From an uncultured Gemmatimonadales bacterium (GTDB taxonomy: Bacteria > Gemmatimonadota > Gemmatimonadetes > Longimicrobiales > RSA9), in the NCBI GenBank assembly GCA_963816355.1, contig CAWFKH010000004.1:256001-320000 (forward strand): a DNA stretch of 64,000 bases, read 5' to 3'. This document shows, in pieces, positions 1-9,707 of this stretch (positions within the stretch are counted from its first letter, which is position 1; the number at the start of each line of letters is the position of its first letter). Position numbers and translations under genes: made by a program. The notes beneath the pieces were generated by a model. It ran no database searches and was not told where the DNA came from. It worked only from the letters and a program-made list of their open reading frames with translations.

Positions 1-1
1 G

Positions 2-598
2 GCGGCGGGCGCCCACTTCATCCATCCGTGCGCGGACGCCGGCGTGGTGGCCGGGCAGGGCACGGTCGGGCTCGAGCTGCTCGAGCAGCTCCCCGACCTT
101 CGCACGGTGATCGTCCCGGTCGGAGGCGGCGGCCTGCTCGCCGGGGTCGGCGCCGCGCTCCGCGCTGCGGACGGCGCCGCACCCCCGGACGCCGACGGCG
201 CCGCGGCCCCCGGCGGGGCTCGGGGCGCCGTGCGGGTCGTGGGCGTGCAGGCGGAGCGCACGAGCGTCATGCACGATTCGCTCGAGGCGGGCCGCGTCGT
301 TCCGACGCCGCCGCAGTCGCCCACGCTGGCCGACGGCCTGGCGGGCGGCATCGACGTCGTGAGCCTCGCGCGCGTCGCCCGCATCGTCGACGCGATCGCG
401 CTCGTGGACGAGGCGGAGGTCGCGCGCGCGATCCGGCTCCTCTTCCACCACCACGGCGTGGTGGCCGAGGGCGCGGGCGCGGTCGGCGTGGCCGCGCTGC
501 TCCGCGGCGCCGTCCGCGCGGAAGGACCGACGGCGGTCGTGATCAGCGGCGGCAACATCGATGGACGCCGCCTCTCCGAGGTCCTGGGCGTCGGCTGA
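2..598 (+). CDS. PLP-dependent threonine/serine dehydratase family protein (5'-partial)
   Basis: FIHP..AGQGTVGLE, VPVGGGGLLAG, TLADGLAG, VAEGAGA and VVISGGNID motifs; the frame is open to the window edge. Confidence 0.85.
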   Translation, partial: AAGAHFIHPCADAGVVAGQGTVGLELLEQLPDLRTVIVPVGGGGLLAGVGAALRAADGAAPPDADGAAAPGGARGAVRVVGVQAERTSVMHDSLEAGRVVPTPPQSPTLADGLAGGIDVVSLARVARIVDAIALVDEAEVARAIRLLFHHHGVVAEGAGAVGVAALLRGAVRAEGPTAVVISGGNIDGRRLSEVLGVG

Positions 599-1137
599 TG
601 GCACGCATCGTTCCCTTCGGCGGCCATACGCCCACGGTTCACGCGAGCGCGTTCGTCGCGCCGACGGCGGTGCTGATCGGCAACGTCGAGATCGGACCGG
701 AGTCGAGCGTCTGGTTCGGCGCCGTCCTGCGCGGCGACGACCCGGATCACGGCATCCGCGTCGGCGCCCGCACGAGCATCCAGGACAACTGCGTGCTGCA
801 CGTCAGCGCTCGCGGCCCGACGATCGTGGGTGACGAGGTCACGATCGGGCACGGCGCGGTGTTCGAGAGTTGCGAGGTGCGGCGAGGCGCTCTCGTGGGG
901 ATGAACGCGGTGCTGCTGCACGACGTCGTAGTGGGTGAGCGCGCGCTGGTCGCCGCCCTCAGCGTGGTCGCCGCCGGCACGGAGGTTCCCGCCGGCACGC
1001 TCGTCGCCGGCGCACCGGCGACCGTGCGCAAGGCGCTCTCGGGCGCGTCGGCCGCGTGGATCCGCGGCAGCGCCGACCACTACGTGGAGCTGGCGCGCGC
1101 GTACCGCGACGCCGGCATCGGGGAAGGCGATCGGTGA
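598..1137 (+). CDS. gamma-class carbonic anhydrase family / hexapeptide-repeat protein (YrdA/PaaY-like)
   Basis: ATG overlaps the upstream TGA (TGATG); SVWFGAVLRGD, IQDNCVLH and VTIGHGA motifs. Confidence 0.9.
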   Translation: MARIVPFGGHTPTVHASAFVAPTAVLIGNVEIGPESSVWFGAVLRGDDPDHGIRVGARTSIQDNCVLHVSARGPTIVGDEVTIGHGAVFESCEVRRGALVGMNAVLLHDVVVGERALVAALSVVAAGTEVPAGTLVAGAPATVRKALSGASAAWIRGSADHYVELARAYRDAGIGEGDR

Positions 1138-2399
1138 GCGCGGGGCGCGGCGGCGCCGACGTCGTCGTGATCGGCGGCGGCGTGATCGGGTGCGCGATCG
1201 CGTGGCGCCTCGCGCAGCGTGGTTGCGATGTCGTCGTGCTGGAGCGCGGCACGCCGGGCGGCGAGGCGACGTGGGCCGCGGGCGGCATGCTCTCGCCCCT
1301 CGCCGAAGCCGCGGGCCCCGGTCCGTTCCTCGAGCTCGGTCTCGCCAGCCTGCGGCGCTACCCCGCCTTCGTGCAGGGGATCGAGGAGGCGGCGGGCCTG
1401 GAGGTCGGCTACGCGGCGGCGCCCGGCAAGCTACTGGTCCCGCTCGACGACGGCGACGCCGACGCGCTGCGGCGGCGCGCGGAGTGGCAGCGCGCGGCCG
1501 GCTTCGAAGTCGAGGAGATCTCCGGCGACGCCGCCCGTTCGCTCGAGCCGGCGCTCTCGCCGCGCGCCCTCGCCGCGCTGCTCATCCGCCGCGATCAACA
1601 CGTCGACAACCGCCTCCTCGGACGCGCGGCATGGCTCGCCGCCAGCCGCGCCGGCGTCCGCTTCGACACGGGCACGTCGGCCGAGCGCCTGCGCATCGAG
1701 CGGGCGGACGGCCGACGTCGCTTCGTGGCGGTCGAGACCGCGGACGGCGCCCGCGTCGCCGGGGACGCGGTGGTGCTCGCCGCGGGCGCCTGGAGCGGAG
1801 GCATCGGCGCTCTCCCGCGACCGCTCCCGGTGTTTCCGGTGCGCGGCCAGATGGTGGCGCTGGAGCACGTGCCGCCCCTCCTCCGGCACGTGGTCGAGAC
1901 CGCGGACGGCTATCTCATCCCGCGCACGAACGGCCGCCTCGTCGTCGGCGCGACCTCGGAAGAGGTGGGCTTCCGGCGCGCCGTCACGCCCGAGGGGCTG
2001 CGAGGCCTCCTCGACGCCGCGATTCGCGCCCTCCCCGCGCTCGCCACGGCGAAGTTCCTCGAGACGTGGGTCGGCTTCCGCCCCGCCACCCGCGACGCTC
2101 TCCCCGTCCTCGGCGCCGACCCGGACGTGGCGGGCCTCTTCTACGCGACCGGCCACTTCCGCAACGGCATCCTGCTCGCCCCGATCACGGCCGACGCCAT
2201 CGCCGCCGCCGTCGCGGGCGACGCCCCGCCGATCGACCTGGCGCCGTTCGCGGTAGACCGCTTCGAAGCCGAGGAGACGGCTGACGTGGGGACGGCCGGC
2301 GCGGCGCGCTGCGAGGCGTGCGGCGCCGTGATGCTCGAGCGGCATTGCAAGCTGGTCTGCCCTCGCTGCGGCTACGTGCGCGACTGCAGCGATCCGTGA
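1134..2399 (+). CDS. thiO: glycine oxidase ThiO (FAD-dependent) with C-terminal Cys-rich zinc-ribbon extension
   Basis: GTG overlaps the upstream stop; GGGVIG Rossmann motif, AAGGML, PVRGQ, GFRP and ATGHFRNGILLAP. Confidence 0.85.
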   Translation: MSAGRGGADVVVIGGGVIGCAIAWRLAQRGCDVVVLERGTPGGEATWAAGGMLSPLAEAAGPGPFLELGLASLRRYPAFVQGIEEAAGLEVGYAAAPGKLLVPLDDGDADALRRRAEWQRAAGFEVEEISGDAARSLEPALSPRALAALLIRRDQHVDNRLLGRAAWLAASRAGVRFDTGTSAERLRIERADGRRRFVAVETADGARVAGDAVVLAAGAWSGGIGALPRPLPVFPVRGQMVALEHVPPLLRHVVETADGYLIPRTNGRLVVGATSEEVGFRRAVTPEGLRGLLDAAIRALPALATAKFLETWVGFRPATRDALPVLGADPDVAGLFYATGHFRNGILLAPITADAIAAAVAGDAPPIDLAPFAVDRFEAEETADVGTAGAARCEACGAVMLERHCKLVCPRCGYVRDCSDP

Positions 2400-2479
2400 C
2401 GCCGGCGCACCCGCCGACGCCGGGTCGATCCCCGCCCCACGCCGCCGCCTCACCGCGAGCTCAGGCCTCAGTCCGAGCG

Positions 2480-3247
2480 TCAGCCGCTCCCGAAGGCGAT
2501 GCGGAGGTACCAGTCGACCAGCATCCCGCCCCACGTGACGGCGACCGCCGCGCCGAGCGCCAGGAAGACGCCGAACGGCACCAGCCGCCCCGTGCGCCAG
2601 CTGATCGGGCCGAAGACGACCGTCCCCAGCAACGCCCCCAGGAAGATCGTCAGCAGCACGCCGGCCGGTCCCAGGAACGCCCCCACCATCGCCATCATCT
2701 TGACGTCGCCCATCCCCATCGCCGGCTTGTGGAAGATCCACTCGCCCACGACGGCCACGCCCCACAGCAGACCGAGCCCGAGCGCCGCCCCCTCCAGCGA
2801 CCGGAGCGGCGAGATTCCGCCCGGCGCGAGAGCGAGCGCCAGCCCGCAAACCAGCCCGCCCAGCGAGAACTCGTTCGGGATGATGTAGTGACGCACGTCG
2901 GTCAGCGCGATGCCGAGAAGGACCGTCAGGAAGAAGGCGATCCGCAGCGCCTCCCACCCCGGCCCCAGCCGCACCACCGCCGCCGCCCAGATCAGCGCCG
3001 TCGCCAGCTCGACCGCCGGATACTGCGGCGAGATCGGCGCGCCGCACCGGCGGCAGCGACCCCGCAGAAGCAGCCAGCTCAGAACGGGGATGTTGTCGTA
3101 CCACGCGATCGCCGCCCCGCACGCCGGGCAACGCGAGCGCGGCGTCACGACCGACTCGTCGATCGGCCACCGATGCACGCACACGTTCAGGAAAGACCCG
3201 ACCGCCGCACCGAAGAGCGCCGCCACGACCGCCGCGTACGCCGTCAT
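2480..3247 (-). CDS. pilD: prepilin peptidase / N-methyltransferase (A24)
   Basis: GSFLNV, SRCPAC...CRRC, NIPVLSW, MGMGDVK and PFGVFLA motifs. Confidence 0.92.
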   Translation of the reverse strand: MTAYAAVVAALFGAAVGSFLNVCVHRWPIDESVVTPRSRCPACGAAIAWYDNIPVLSWLLLRGRCRRCGAPISPQYPAVELATALIWAAAVVRLGPGWEALRIAFFLTVLLGIALTDVRHYIIPNEFSLGGLVCGLALALAPGGISPLRSLEGAALGLGLLWGVAVVGEWIFHKPAMGMGDVKMMAMVGAFLGPAGVLLTIFLGALLGTVVFGPISWRTGRLVPFGVFLALGAAVAVTWGGMLVDWYLRIAFGSG

Positions 3248-4035
3248 CCGCTCTCTCCCCCTCTCGCCTCGCGCCCCGCCAGCGCGAACAGCAGGATGCC
3301 CGCGGCCACCGCCACGTTGAGCGAGTCGACGCCGGGACGGATCGGCACCGCCACCAGGCCGTCGGCATCGCGGACCACGCCCGCCCCCAGGCCGCCTCCC
3401 TCGTTCCCCACCACCAGCGCCGTACGGTCCGCCCGCTCGATTCCGCTCACGTCGCGTCCCCCCGCGTCCGCGCCGTAGATCACGAATCCACGCTCCCGCA
3501 GCCACTCCCGCGCTGGCTCCCACGCCGCGCCCACCACCGCGACGCGGAACACCGCACCCGCCGACGACCGCACCGCCTTCGCGTTCCACACGTCCGCCGT
3601 GCCCGGAAGCGAGATCACCGCCGCCGCCCCCAGCGCGGCCGCCGTTCGCACCAGCGTCCCGACGTTGCCCGGATCCTGGACCCCGTCCAGCACCAGCACG
3701 GCCGCGCGCTCGCCCGGCTCGACCTGCCGCAGCTCGACAGCCGGCACCGCCGCCGCCACCAGCACGCCCTGCGGCGTTTCCGTCCCCGCCAGCGTCCGCA
3801 GCTCCGCCTCGCTCACTTCCCGCACGCCGACGCCCCGGCGCAGTCGCTCCAGCAGCGCCCTCCCGCGGGCGGTGTCCTCCAAGGAGGACGATATCACCGC
3901 GAGACGGAGGACGAGTCCGGCGGCCAGCAGATCCTCGACGACGCGCACGCCCTCGGCGAGGAAGAGGCCCTCCGCGTCGCGCCTCCTGCGGCGGCCGAGG
4001 GCGCGGAGGAGGCGTTGCTCGGAGCGGCTCAGCAC
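3244..4035 (-). CDS. TrmH/SpoU family RNA methyltransferase
   Basis: DGVQDPGNVGTLVRTA, VGNEGGG and SLNVAVA SPOUT motifs. Confidence 0.92.
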   Translation of the reverse strand: MLSRSEQRLLRALGRRRRRDAEGLFLAEGVRVVEDLLAAGLVLRLAVISSSLEDTARGRALLERLRRGVGVREVSEAELRTLAGTETPQGVLVAAAVPAVELRQVEPGERAAVLVLDGVQDPGNVGTLVRTAAALGAAAVISLPGTADVWNAKAVRSSAGAVFRVAVVGAAWEPAREWLRERGFVIYGADAGGRDVSGIERADRTALVVGNEGGGLGAGVVRDADGLVAVPIRPGVDSLNVAVAAGILLFALAGREARGGESG

Positions 4036-4104
4036 GCGGGGTGGCGGTGGAATGCGTCTTGCCCTCGACGGGGTGGCGAACGACCGCAGATGGAGAGGGG
4101 ATCC

Positions 4105-4935
4105 ATGCTCGACCTCATGAAGAAACGGGTGCGGGGCCGGGTGCTCCCGCTGGTGCTGGCGACGACGGCGGGCGTGGGCGCCGCTGGCTGCGCGATCTCG
4201 ACGCAGCAGGAAGTGCAGATCGGGCAGCAGTACGCGGCGCAGGTCAATTCACAGCTGCCGATGGTGAACGACGCGTCGCTTCTGAGCTACGTGCGTTCGC
4301 TCGGCGAGCAGATCGCGAGTCACGGGAGACGGAATCTCGACTGGCACTTCTACATCGTCAATACGGACGAGGTGAACGCGTTCGCGCTGCCGGGTGGTTT
4401 CGTGTACGTGAACCGGGGTCTGATCGACCACGCGAGCAACATGTCGGAGCTGGCGGGCGTGCTGGCGCACGAGATCTCGCACGTCGAGCTGAGGCACAGC
4501 GCGAAGCAGTTGGAGCGGGAGCAGGCGGCGAACGTCGCGGTGACGCTGCCCTACATCCTGATGGGGCGCACGCCGTCGACGGCCGAGCGGGCGGCGATCC
4601 AGGTGGGCGGCTCGGCGGTGTTCGCGAGCTACAGCCGGGAGGCGGAGGGCGAGGCGGACGCGAACGCGGTGCCGCTGCTGGTGAAGTCGGGGATCGATCC
4701 GCACGGTCTCGTGACGATGTTCCAGGAGCTGCTGCGAGAGCAGCAGGCGCAGCCGAGCGTCGTCGCGCAGTGGTTCTCGACGCATCCGACGACGCAGCAG
4801 CGGATCACGGACGTGCGGCAGGAGCTGCAGCGCTATCCGAGCTCGAGCCGGCTGTTGACGCATTCATCCGCCTTCCAGCGCTTCAAGTCGCGGCTCGCGG
4901 CGTATCCCGCGCCGCCGGCGACGCGCGGCCGGTAG
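4105..4935 (+). CDS. M48 family zinc metallopeptidase (probable lipoprotein)
   Basis: NAFALPGG, LAHEISHV (HExxH), YSREAE.EAD and FSTHP; AAGC lipobox-like motif; GGAGAGG SD upstream. Confidence 0.9.
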   Translation: MLDLMKKRVRGRVLPLVLATTAGVGAAGCAISTQQEVQIGQQYAAQVNSQLPMVNDASLLSYVRSLGEQIASHGRRNLDWHFYIVNTDEVNAFALPGGFVYVNRGLIDHASNMSELAGVLAHEISHVELRHSAKQLEREQAANVAVTLPYILMGRTPSTAERAAIQVGGSAVFASYSREAEGEADANAVPLLVKSGIDPHGLVTMFQELLREQQAQPSVVAQWFSTHPTTQQRITDVRQELQRYPSSSRLLTHSSAFQRFKSRLAAYPAPPATRGR

Positions 4936-5030
4936 GCCGCGGCCTGGCAGCCGCCCTCGCGTGACGCTTAGGTTCTGCGCTGCGCCCGGCCGGGTCGGGC
5001 GGGGCGCAGCGGCTCATCGGGAGGGTGAGG

Positions 5031-5849
5031 ATGCGAGCGGTCGCGCTGACCATCGCCGGTAGCGACAGCTCCGGCGGTGCCGGGATCCAGGCGGACCTCA
5101 AGACCTTTCAGGCGTTCGGCGTCTACGGCGCGAGCGCGGTCACGGCGGTCACCGTCCAGGACACGCGGGGCGTGAGCGGCGTACACGCGGTGCCGCGCGC
5201 GATCGTGGCGGCGCAGATCGCGCGCGTCGTCGAGGACCTGCACCCCGCGGCATGCAAGACGGGGATGCTCGCCGAGCGCGGCATCGTGGAGGCGGTCGCG
5301 GAGACGATTCGCGAGAAGCGGCTGCCGAACCTCGTGGTCGATCCGGTGATGGTCGCGACGAGCGGCGATCGGCTGCTCGACGCCGCCGCCGAGGCGACCG
5401 TCGCGGAGCGGCTCCTTCCACTCTGCACCATCGTCACGCCGAACCTGGACGAAGGTCGCATTCTCACGGGCATCGAGGCGCACGACGCCGCCGCGATGGT
5501 GCGCGTCGGTCTCGTGCTGCGCGAGCGAGGCGCGCCCGCCGCGCTCGTCAAGGGCGGCCATCTCGCCGGCGACACCCTGGTCGACATCCTGTGCGACGCC
5601 GAGGGGATCGTGCGCTGGGAGAGGCGGAAGGTGCCGACGACGAGCACGCACGGCACCGGCTGCACGCTGTCGGCGGCGATCGCCGCGGGTCTCGCGCGCG
5701 GGCGGCCGCTCCGGCGCGCGGTCGCCGACGCGCTCCACTTCGTGCAGCGCGCGATCGAGGCGGCACCGGGGCTGGGGCACGGCCGCGGTCCGCTGAATCA
5801 CTTCGTGCGGGTCGAGCCGGGGCCTGAAGGCGTGCCGGTCACGCCGTGA
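5031..5849 (+). CDS. thiD: hydroxymethylpyrimidine/phosphomethylpyrimidine kinase
   Basis: LTIAGSDSSGGAGIQADLKT, VVDPVM, TPNLDE and HGTGCTLS. Confidence 0.95.
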   Translation: MRAVALTIAGSDSSGGAGIQADLKTFQAFGVYGASAVTAVTVQDTRGVSGVHAVPRAIVAAQIARVVEDLHPAACKTGMLAERGIVEAVAETIREKRLPNLVVDPVMVATSGDRLLDAAAEATVAERLLPLCTIVTPNLDEGRILTGIEAHDAAAMVRVGLVLRERGAPAALVKGGHLAGDTLVDILCDAEGIVRWERRKVPTTSTHGTGCTLSAAIAAGLARGRPLRRAVADALHFVQRAIEAAPGLGHGRGPLNHFVRVEPGPEGVPVTP

Positions 5850-5877
5850 CCGCGCGCGCCGGCTCGGCCGAGGTCGG

Positions 5878-6057
5878 CTACGGGCGGGAAAGGAACCAGC
5901 TCACGATCAGGTACCCCGCCGTCATGCCCAGCACCATGAGCGCGCCGTAGATCGTCGGCGGCGCGGGGATCGGCAGGCGCAGCAGGCGGATGCCGCCGCC
6001 GATCACCAGCGCCACCAGGACGCCCACCCACTGCGGGAACGCTACCTTCGGCTCCAT
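5878..6057 (-). CDS. XapX/DUF1427-like small membrane protein (59 aa)
   Basis: Hand-translated MEPKVAFPQWVGVLVALVIGGGIRLLRLPIPAPPTIYGALMVLGMTAGYLIVSWFLSRP: two hydrophobic helices around LPIPAPP. Below the ORF-track size cutoff; follows the PNP gene. Confidence 0.8.
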   Translation of the reverse strand: MEPKVAFPQWVGVLVALVIGGGIRLLRLPIPAPPTIYGALMVLGMTAGYLIVSWFLSRP

Positions 6058-6088
6058 GGCGCCGACCTCGGTGTGCGGGGAAGCACGA

Positions 6089-6985
6089 TCAAGCGTCGCC
6101 CGCGAGGGCGGGCTCTCGCAGCAGGGCGCGGACGAGCGCGGCGAAGCGGGCGGAGGCGCGTCGCCCCGCCTCCATGACGTCCGCGTGGCTCAGCGGCGTG
6201 GGGCTCAGCCCCGCCGCCGGGTTGGTGATGAGGGAGATGCCGAGCACGCGCAGTCCGAGCGCGCGCGCGACGATCACCTCCGGCACGGTGCTCATGCCCA
6301 CGGCGTGGGCGCCGAGGCGCTGCAGCATGCGGACCTCGGCCGCGGTCTCGTAGCTGGGACCGAGGAGGGCGCAGTAGACGCCGCGACGCAGGCCGATCCC
6401 CTCGCGCAGCGCGACGCGCGCGGCCACCTCCTGCAGCTCGCGGTCGTACGGCGCGGACATGTCGGGAAAGCGCGGCTCGCCGGCGGGCGCCGGACCGATC
6501 AGCGGATTGCGTCCCATCAGGTTGATGTGGTCGTCGATCAGCATGAGGTCGCCCGCGCCGAAACGCGGGTCGAGGCCGCCCGCGGCGTTCGTGACGAGGA
6601 GCGTGCGCGCGCCGAGCGCCGCGAGCACGCGCACCGGCAGGCCGACGCGGCGCGGATCGTGGCCCTCGTAGAGGTGGAAGCGGCCCTGCATCACGACGCA
6701 CGGAAAGCCCTCGAGGCGGCCCGCGACCAGGCGACCGCGGTGACCGGCGACGGCCGACGCGGCGAAGCCGGGGATCTCGCCGAACGGCACCGCCACGGCG
6801 TCCTCGACCTCGTCGCCCAGACCACCCAGGCCGGAGCCGAGGATCATCATGACGCGCGGCGTCCACCCCGGCGCCGCGACGCGCGAGCGCACGTGAGCGG
6901 CGGCGCTGCCGACCATCGCCGCCAGCCCGGCGGCCGTCCCCTCGGCTGCCGCCGCGCCCCCCGCCGCCGCGTCGCGCCCGCTCAC
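6089..6985 (-). CDS. purine-nucleoside phosphorylase (trimeric PunA/XapA type)
   Basis: ILGSGLG, GRFHLYEG, TNAAGG, GPSYET.AE and VGMSTVPE. Confidence 0.93.
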   Translation of the reverse strand: MSGRDAAAGGAAAAEGTAAGLAAMVGSAAAHVRSRVAAPGWTPRVMMILGSGLGGLGDEVEDAVAVPFGEIPGFAASAVAGHRGRLVAGRLEGFPCVVMQGRFHLYEGHDPRRVGLPVRVLAALGARTLLVTNAAGGLDPRFGAGDLMLIDDHINLMGRNPLIGPAPAGEPRFPDMSAPYDRELQEVAARVALREGIGLRRGVYCALLGPSYETAAEVRMLQRLGAHAVGMSTVPEVIVARALGLRVLGISLITNPAAGLSPTPLSHADVMEAGRRASARFAALVRALLREPALAGDA

Positions 6986-8730
6986 ACCACCATCCCGGCG
7001 ACGGTCGCGGTGAGGAAGGAGGCGATCGAGCCGGCGATCATGGCGCGCAGGCCAAGGCGGGCGAGGTCGCTACGGCGCTGCGGTGCGAGACCGCCGATGC
7101 CGCCGATCTGGATCGCGATCGAGCTGAAGTTGGCGAAGCCGCAGAGCGCGTAGGTGGCGATGATCACGGAGCGCGGCGAGAGGTTCACGCCGGAGGTGAG
7201 GTCGGTCGCGAGCTGGAGATAGGCGACGAACTCGTTCACCGCGGACTTGATGCCGATCAGCGATCCCACCACCGGCGCGTCCTTCCACGGCACACCCATG
7301 ATCCAGGCGAGCGGCGCGAGCAGCCAGCCGAAGATCGCTTCGAGCGTGAGCGGCTGCCCCTGCGCCAGCCAGCCGTGCGCGTGCAGCAGCGCCGTGATGC
7401 CGACCCAACCCGACACCAGCCCGAGCAGTGCGTTCAGCAGCGCGATCAGCGCGATGAACGCGAGCAGCATCGCGCCCACGTTGAGCGCGAGCGAGAGGCC
7501 GTCGGCCGCGCCGCGCGAGGCCGCGTCGATCACGTTCGCGTCCGTCGTTGGAACCTGGATGTTGAGGCTGTCGCGCGTCTCCGGCTGCTCCTTCTCCGGA
7601 TACATCAGCTTGGCGACGACGAGCGTGGCGGGCGCGGAGATGACGCTCGCGGCCATCAGGTGGCCCGCGATGTCAGGAAACACTCCCACGAGCATCCCGA
7701 CATAGGCGGCCATCACGCCCCCCGCGACGGTCGCGAAGCCGCCCGTCATCACGGCCATCAGCTCCGAATTCGTCATGCGCGCGACGAACGGCTTGATCAG
7801 CAGCGGCGCCTCCGTCTGGCCGAGAAAGATGTTGCCCGCCGTCGACAGCGTCTCGGCCCCGGACGTGCGCATCGTCCGCATCATCACCCACGCCACTCCC
7901 TTCACCGCCTTCTGCATCACGCCCAGATGGTAGAGCACCGTCATCAGGGACGAGAAGAAGATGATCGTGGGCAGCACGTTGAAGGCGAAGTACGCCCCTG
8001 TGTTCGCGGAGAGCTGCGGCGTCGCCGAGAACGCCGCGTTGCCGCCCGCCTCCCCCGCGCCCACCGGCACGTTGTTCCACACCAGGTTGCCGAAGAGGAA
8101 CTTCGCACCGTCCACGGTGAAGCCGAGCAGCGCCACGATCACCCGGTTCGCCCCGGCGAAGACCGCCGCCCCCACCGGCGTGCGCAGGATGAAGAGCGCG
8201 AAGACGAACTGCAGGGCCATGCCCCACAGGATGATCCGCCACGGCACCACCTTGCGGTCCACACTCATCAGCCACGCGATGAACAGCAGAACGGCCATGC
8301 CGAACAGCGAGATCAAACGTTCGTACCACGCGGTCGAAACGTTCGCGCGCGCCTCGCGCAACGCCTGCGCCGCCGTCCTGCCGCCCTGCCCGGGGGCCGT
8401 CCCCACCGTCGTGTCGGCCTGCCGCGGGACCGACCCCACCGCCGTGTCGCCCTGCCGCGGGGCGCTCGCCGCCGCGCCCGTCGGCTCCTGCGACGACGAC
8501 GCCGGAGCCGCGACGCCGGCGGGTGCCGTGGCTCCGCCGCCCGCCGTGGCTTCGCCGCCGGTCGTGGCGGCGGCCGATTCCGCGCCGCCGGGCGCCGCCG
8601 CCGCGCTGCCGGCCACCGCCAGCATCGGCGCGGACTGCGCCCACAGCGTGCCGCCCCGCGCGAGAACCATCGCCGACGCCACGCCCATCGCGAGGGCGAT
8701 CGCGACCACGTGCAACTTCTTCATTGCCAT
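6982..8730 (-). CDS. concentrative nucleoside transporter (NupC/CNT family) with long N-terminal extension
   Basis: GNIFLGQTEAPLLIKP, GGFATVAG, NEFVAY and LCGFANFSSIAIQIGG. Confidence 0.93.
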   Translation of the reverse strand: MAMKKLHVVAIALAMGVASAMVLARGGTLWAQSAPMLAVAGSAAAAPGGAESAAATTGGEATAGGGATAPAGVAAPASSSQEPTGAAASAPRQGDTAVGSVPRQADTTVGTAPGQGGRTAAQALREARANVSTAWYERLISLFGMAVLLFIAWLMSVDRKVVPWRIILWGMALQFVFALFILRTPVGAAVFAGANRVIVALLGFTVDGAKFLFGNLVWNNVPVGAGEAGGNAAFSATPQLSANTGAYFAFNVLPTIIFFSSLMTVLYHLGVMQKAVKGVAWVMMRTMRTSGAETLSTAGNIFLGQTEAPLLIKPFVARMTNSELMAVMTGGFATVAGGVMAAYVGMLVGVFPDIAGHLMAASVISAPATLVVAKLMYPEKEQPETRDSLNIQVPTTDANVIDAASRGAADGLSLALNVGAMLLAFIALIALLNALLGLVSGWVGITALLHAHGWLAQGQPLTLEAIFGWLLAPLAWIMGVPWKDAPVVGSLIGIKSAVNEFVAYLQLATDLTSGVNLSPRSVIIATYALCGFANFSSIAIQIGGIGGLAPQRRSDLARLGLRAMIAGSIASFLTATVAGMVV

Positions 8731-8761
8731 GACGCTCCGGTGTTTTCGCGTGGGCGACCCG

Positions 8762-9522
8762 CTACATCGCGCCGGGCGTGAGCCACCGCCCTCTGCGGCG
8801 GGTGACGAGATCGGGTCTGCGGAACAGCGAGATCAACAGGAGCCCGCACACGAAGCCTCCGATGTGTGCCCCGTACGCCACTCCTCCTCCCGCCGTCGCC
8901 GGCGCCGCGAGGTTCTGGACCACCTGCAGAACGAACCACTCGGCCAGGATGAACCAGGCGGGGACCGCAAAGATTCTAACGATGACGATGAAAATGAACA
9001 GCGTCTGGATGCGTACCCGCGGGTAGAGCAGCAGGTAGGCACCCATGATACCGCTGATCGCGCCGGACGCGCCGATCGTCGGGATCGGCGACTTCGGACT
9101 CAGGAACACCTGCGTCAGGCCGGCCACCACGCCGATCAGCAGATAGAAGACGACGAAGCGGAAATGCCCCATCGAATCCTCGATGTTGTTCCCGAAGAGC
9201 CACAGAAACCACATGTTCCCCAGCAGGTGCAGCCAGCCGCCGTGGAAGAACATGCTCGTCACCACCGCCTGCCACGTCAGACCCCCGAACGCGCACGCCG
9301 CACCCGGGCCGAGCTGCACGCCCGCCGATCCGCCCGTGAGTCCGGTCACCTCCGCCGGGATCACTCGTAGCGGCACACGTAGCGGCACACCGACTCCGCC
9401 AGCGCCGCTGGCTCGAAGCCGCCACCCTGCACGTACAGCCACACCGCCACGTTGGCCAGGATGATCCCGAAGGTGACGAACGGCGTCAGCTCGGTGGGAT
9501 TCTCGTCGCGAAGCGGGAACAC
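8762..9522 (-). pseudogene. rhomboid family intramembrane serine protease, frameshifted near 9366-9390
   Basis: The N-terminus [10 protein letters not shown]...ESVCRY is in one frame; TSMFFHGGWLHLLGNM, GASGAISG and AHIGGF are in another. The break lies at a 12-bp tandem repeat. Could be an assembly error. Confidence 0.7.
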
Positions 9523-9707
9523 GGTCTCTCCCGGAGGTCGGGCGCGCCAGAATAGGCGTGCGTGCGCGGGCATGTCAAACGACGCTGCGGGCGGCGGCTC
9601 CGGGAGCCCGGGGTCCCGGCGCGGATCGCGGCGGCGCGCCGCATCTGCCACCTTGGCATGCCGCCCCACGAAACGTGTCGAAATGGCGCGAAAATCGACC
9701 CCATGCG

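Noticed and set aside
4936..5030. TPP riboswitch before thiD (also a glycine riboswitch before gcvT)
   Set aside because: No CTGAGA-type TPP core is visible, and gcvT is only 11 bp from argF, leaving no room for a leader.
9361..9363. Stop-codon readthrough or selenocysteine in the rhomboid gene
   Set aside because: The downstream half is in a different frame, so readthrough cannot join the two parts.
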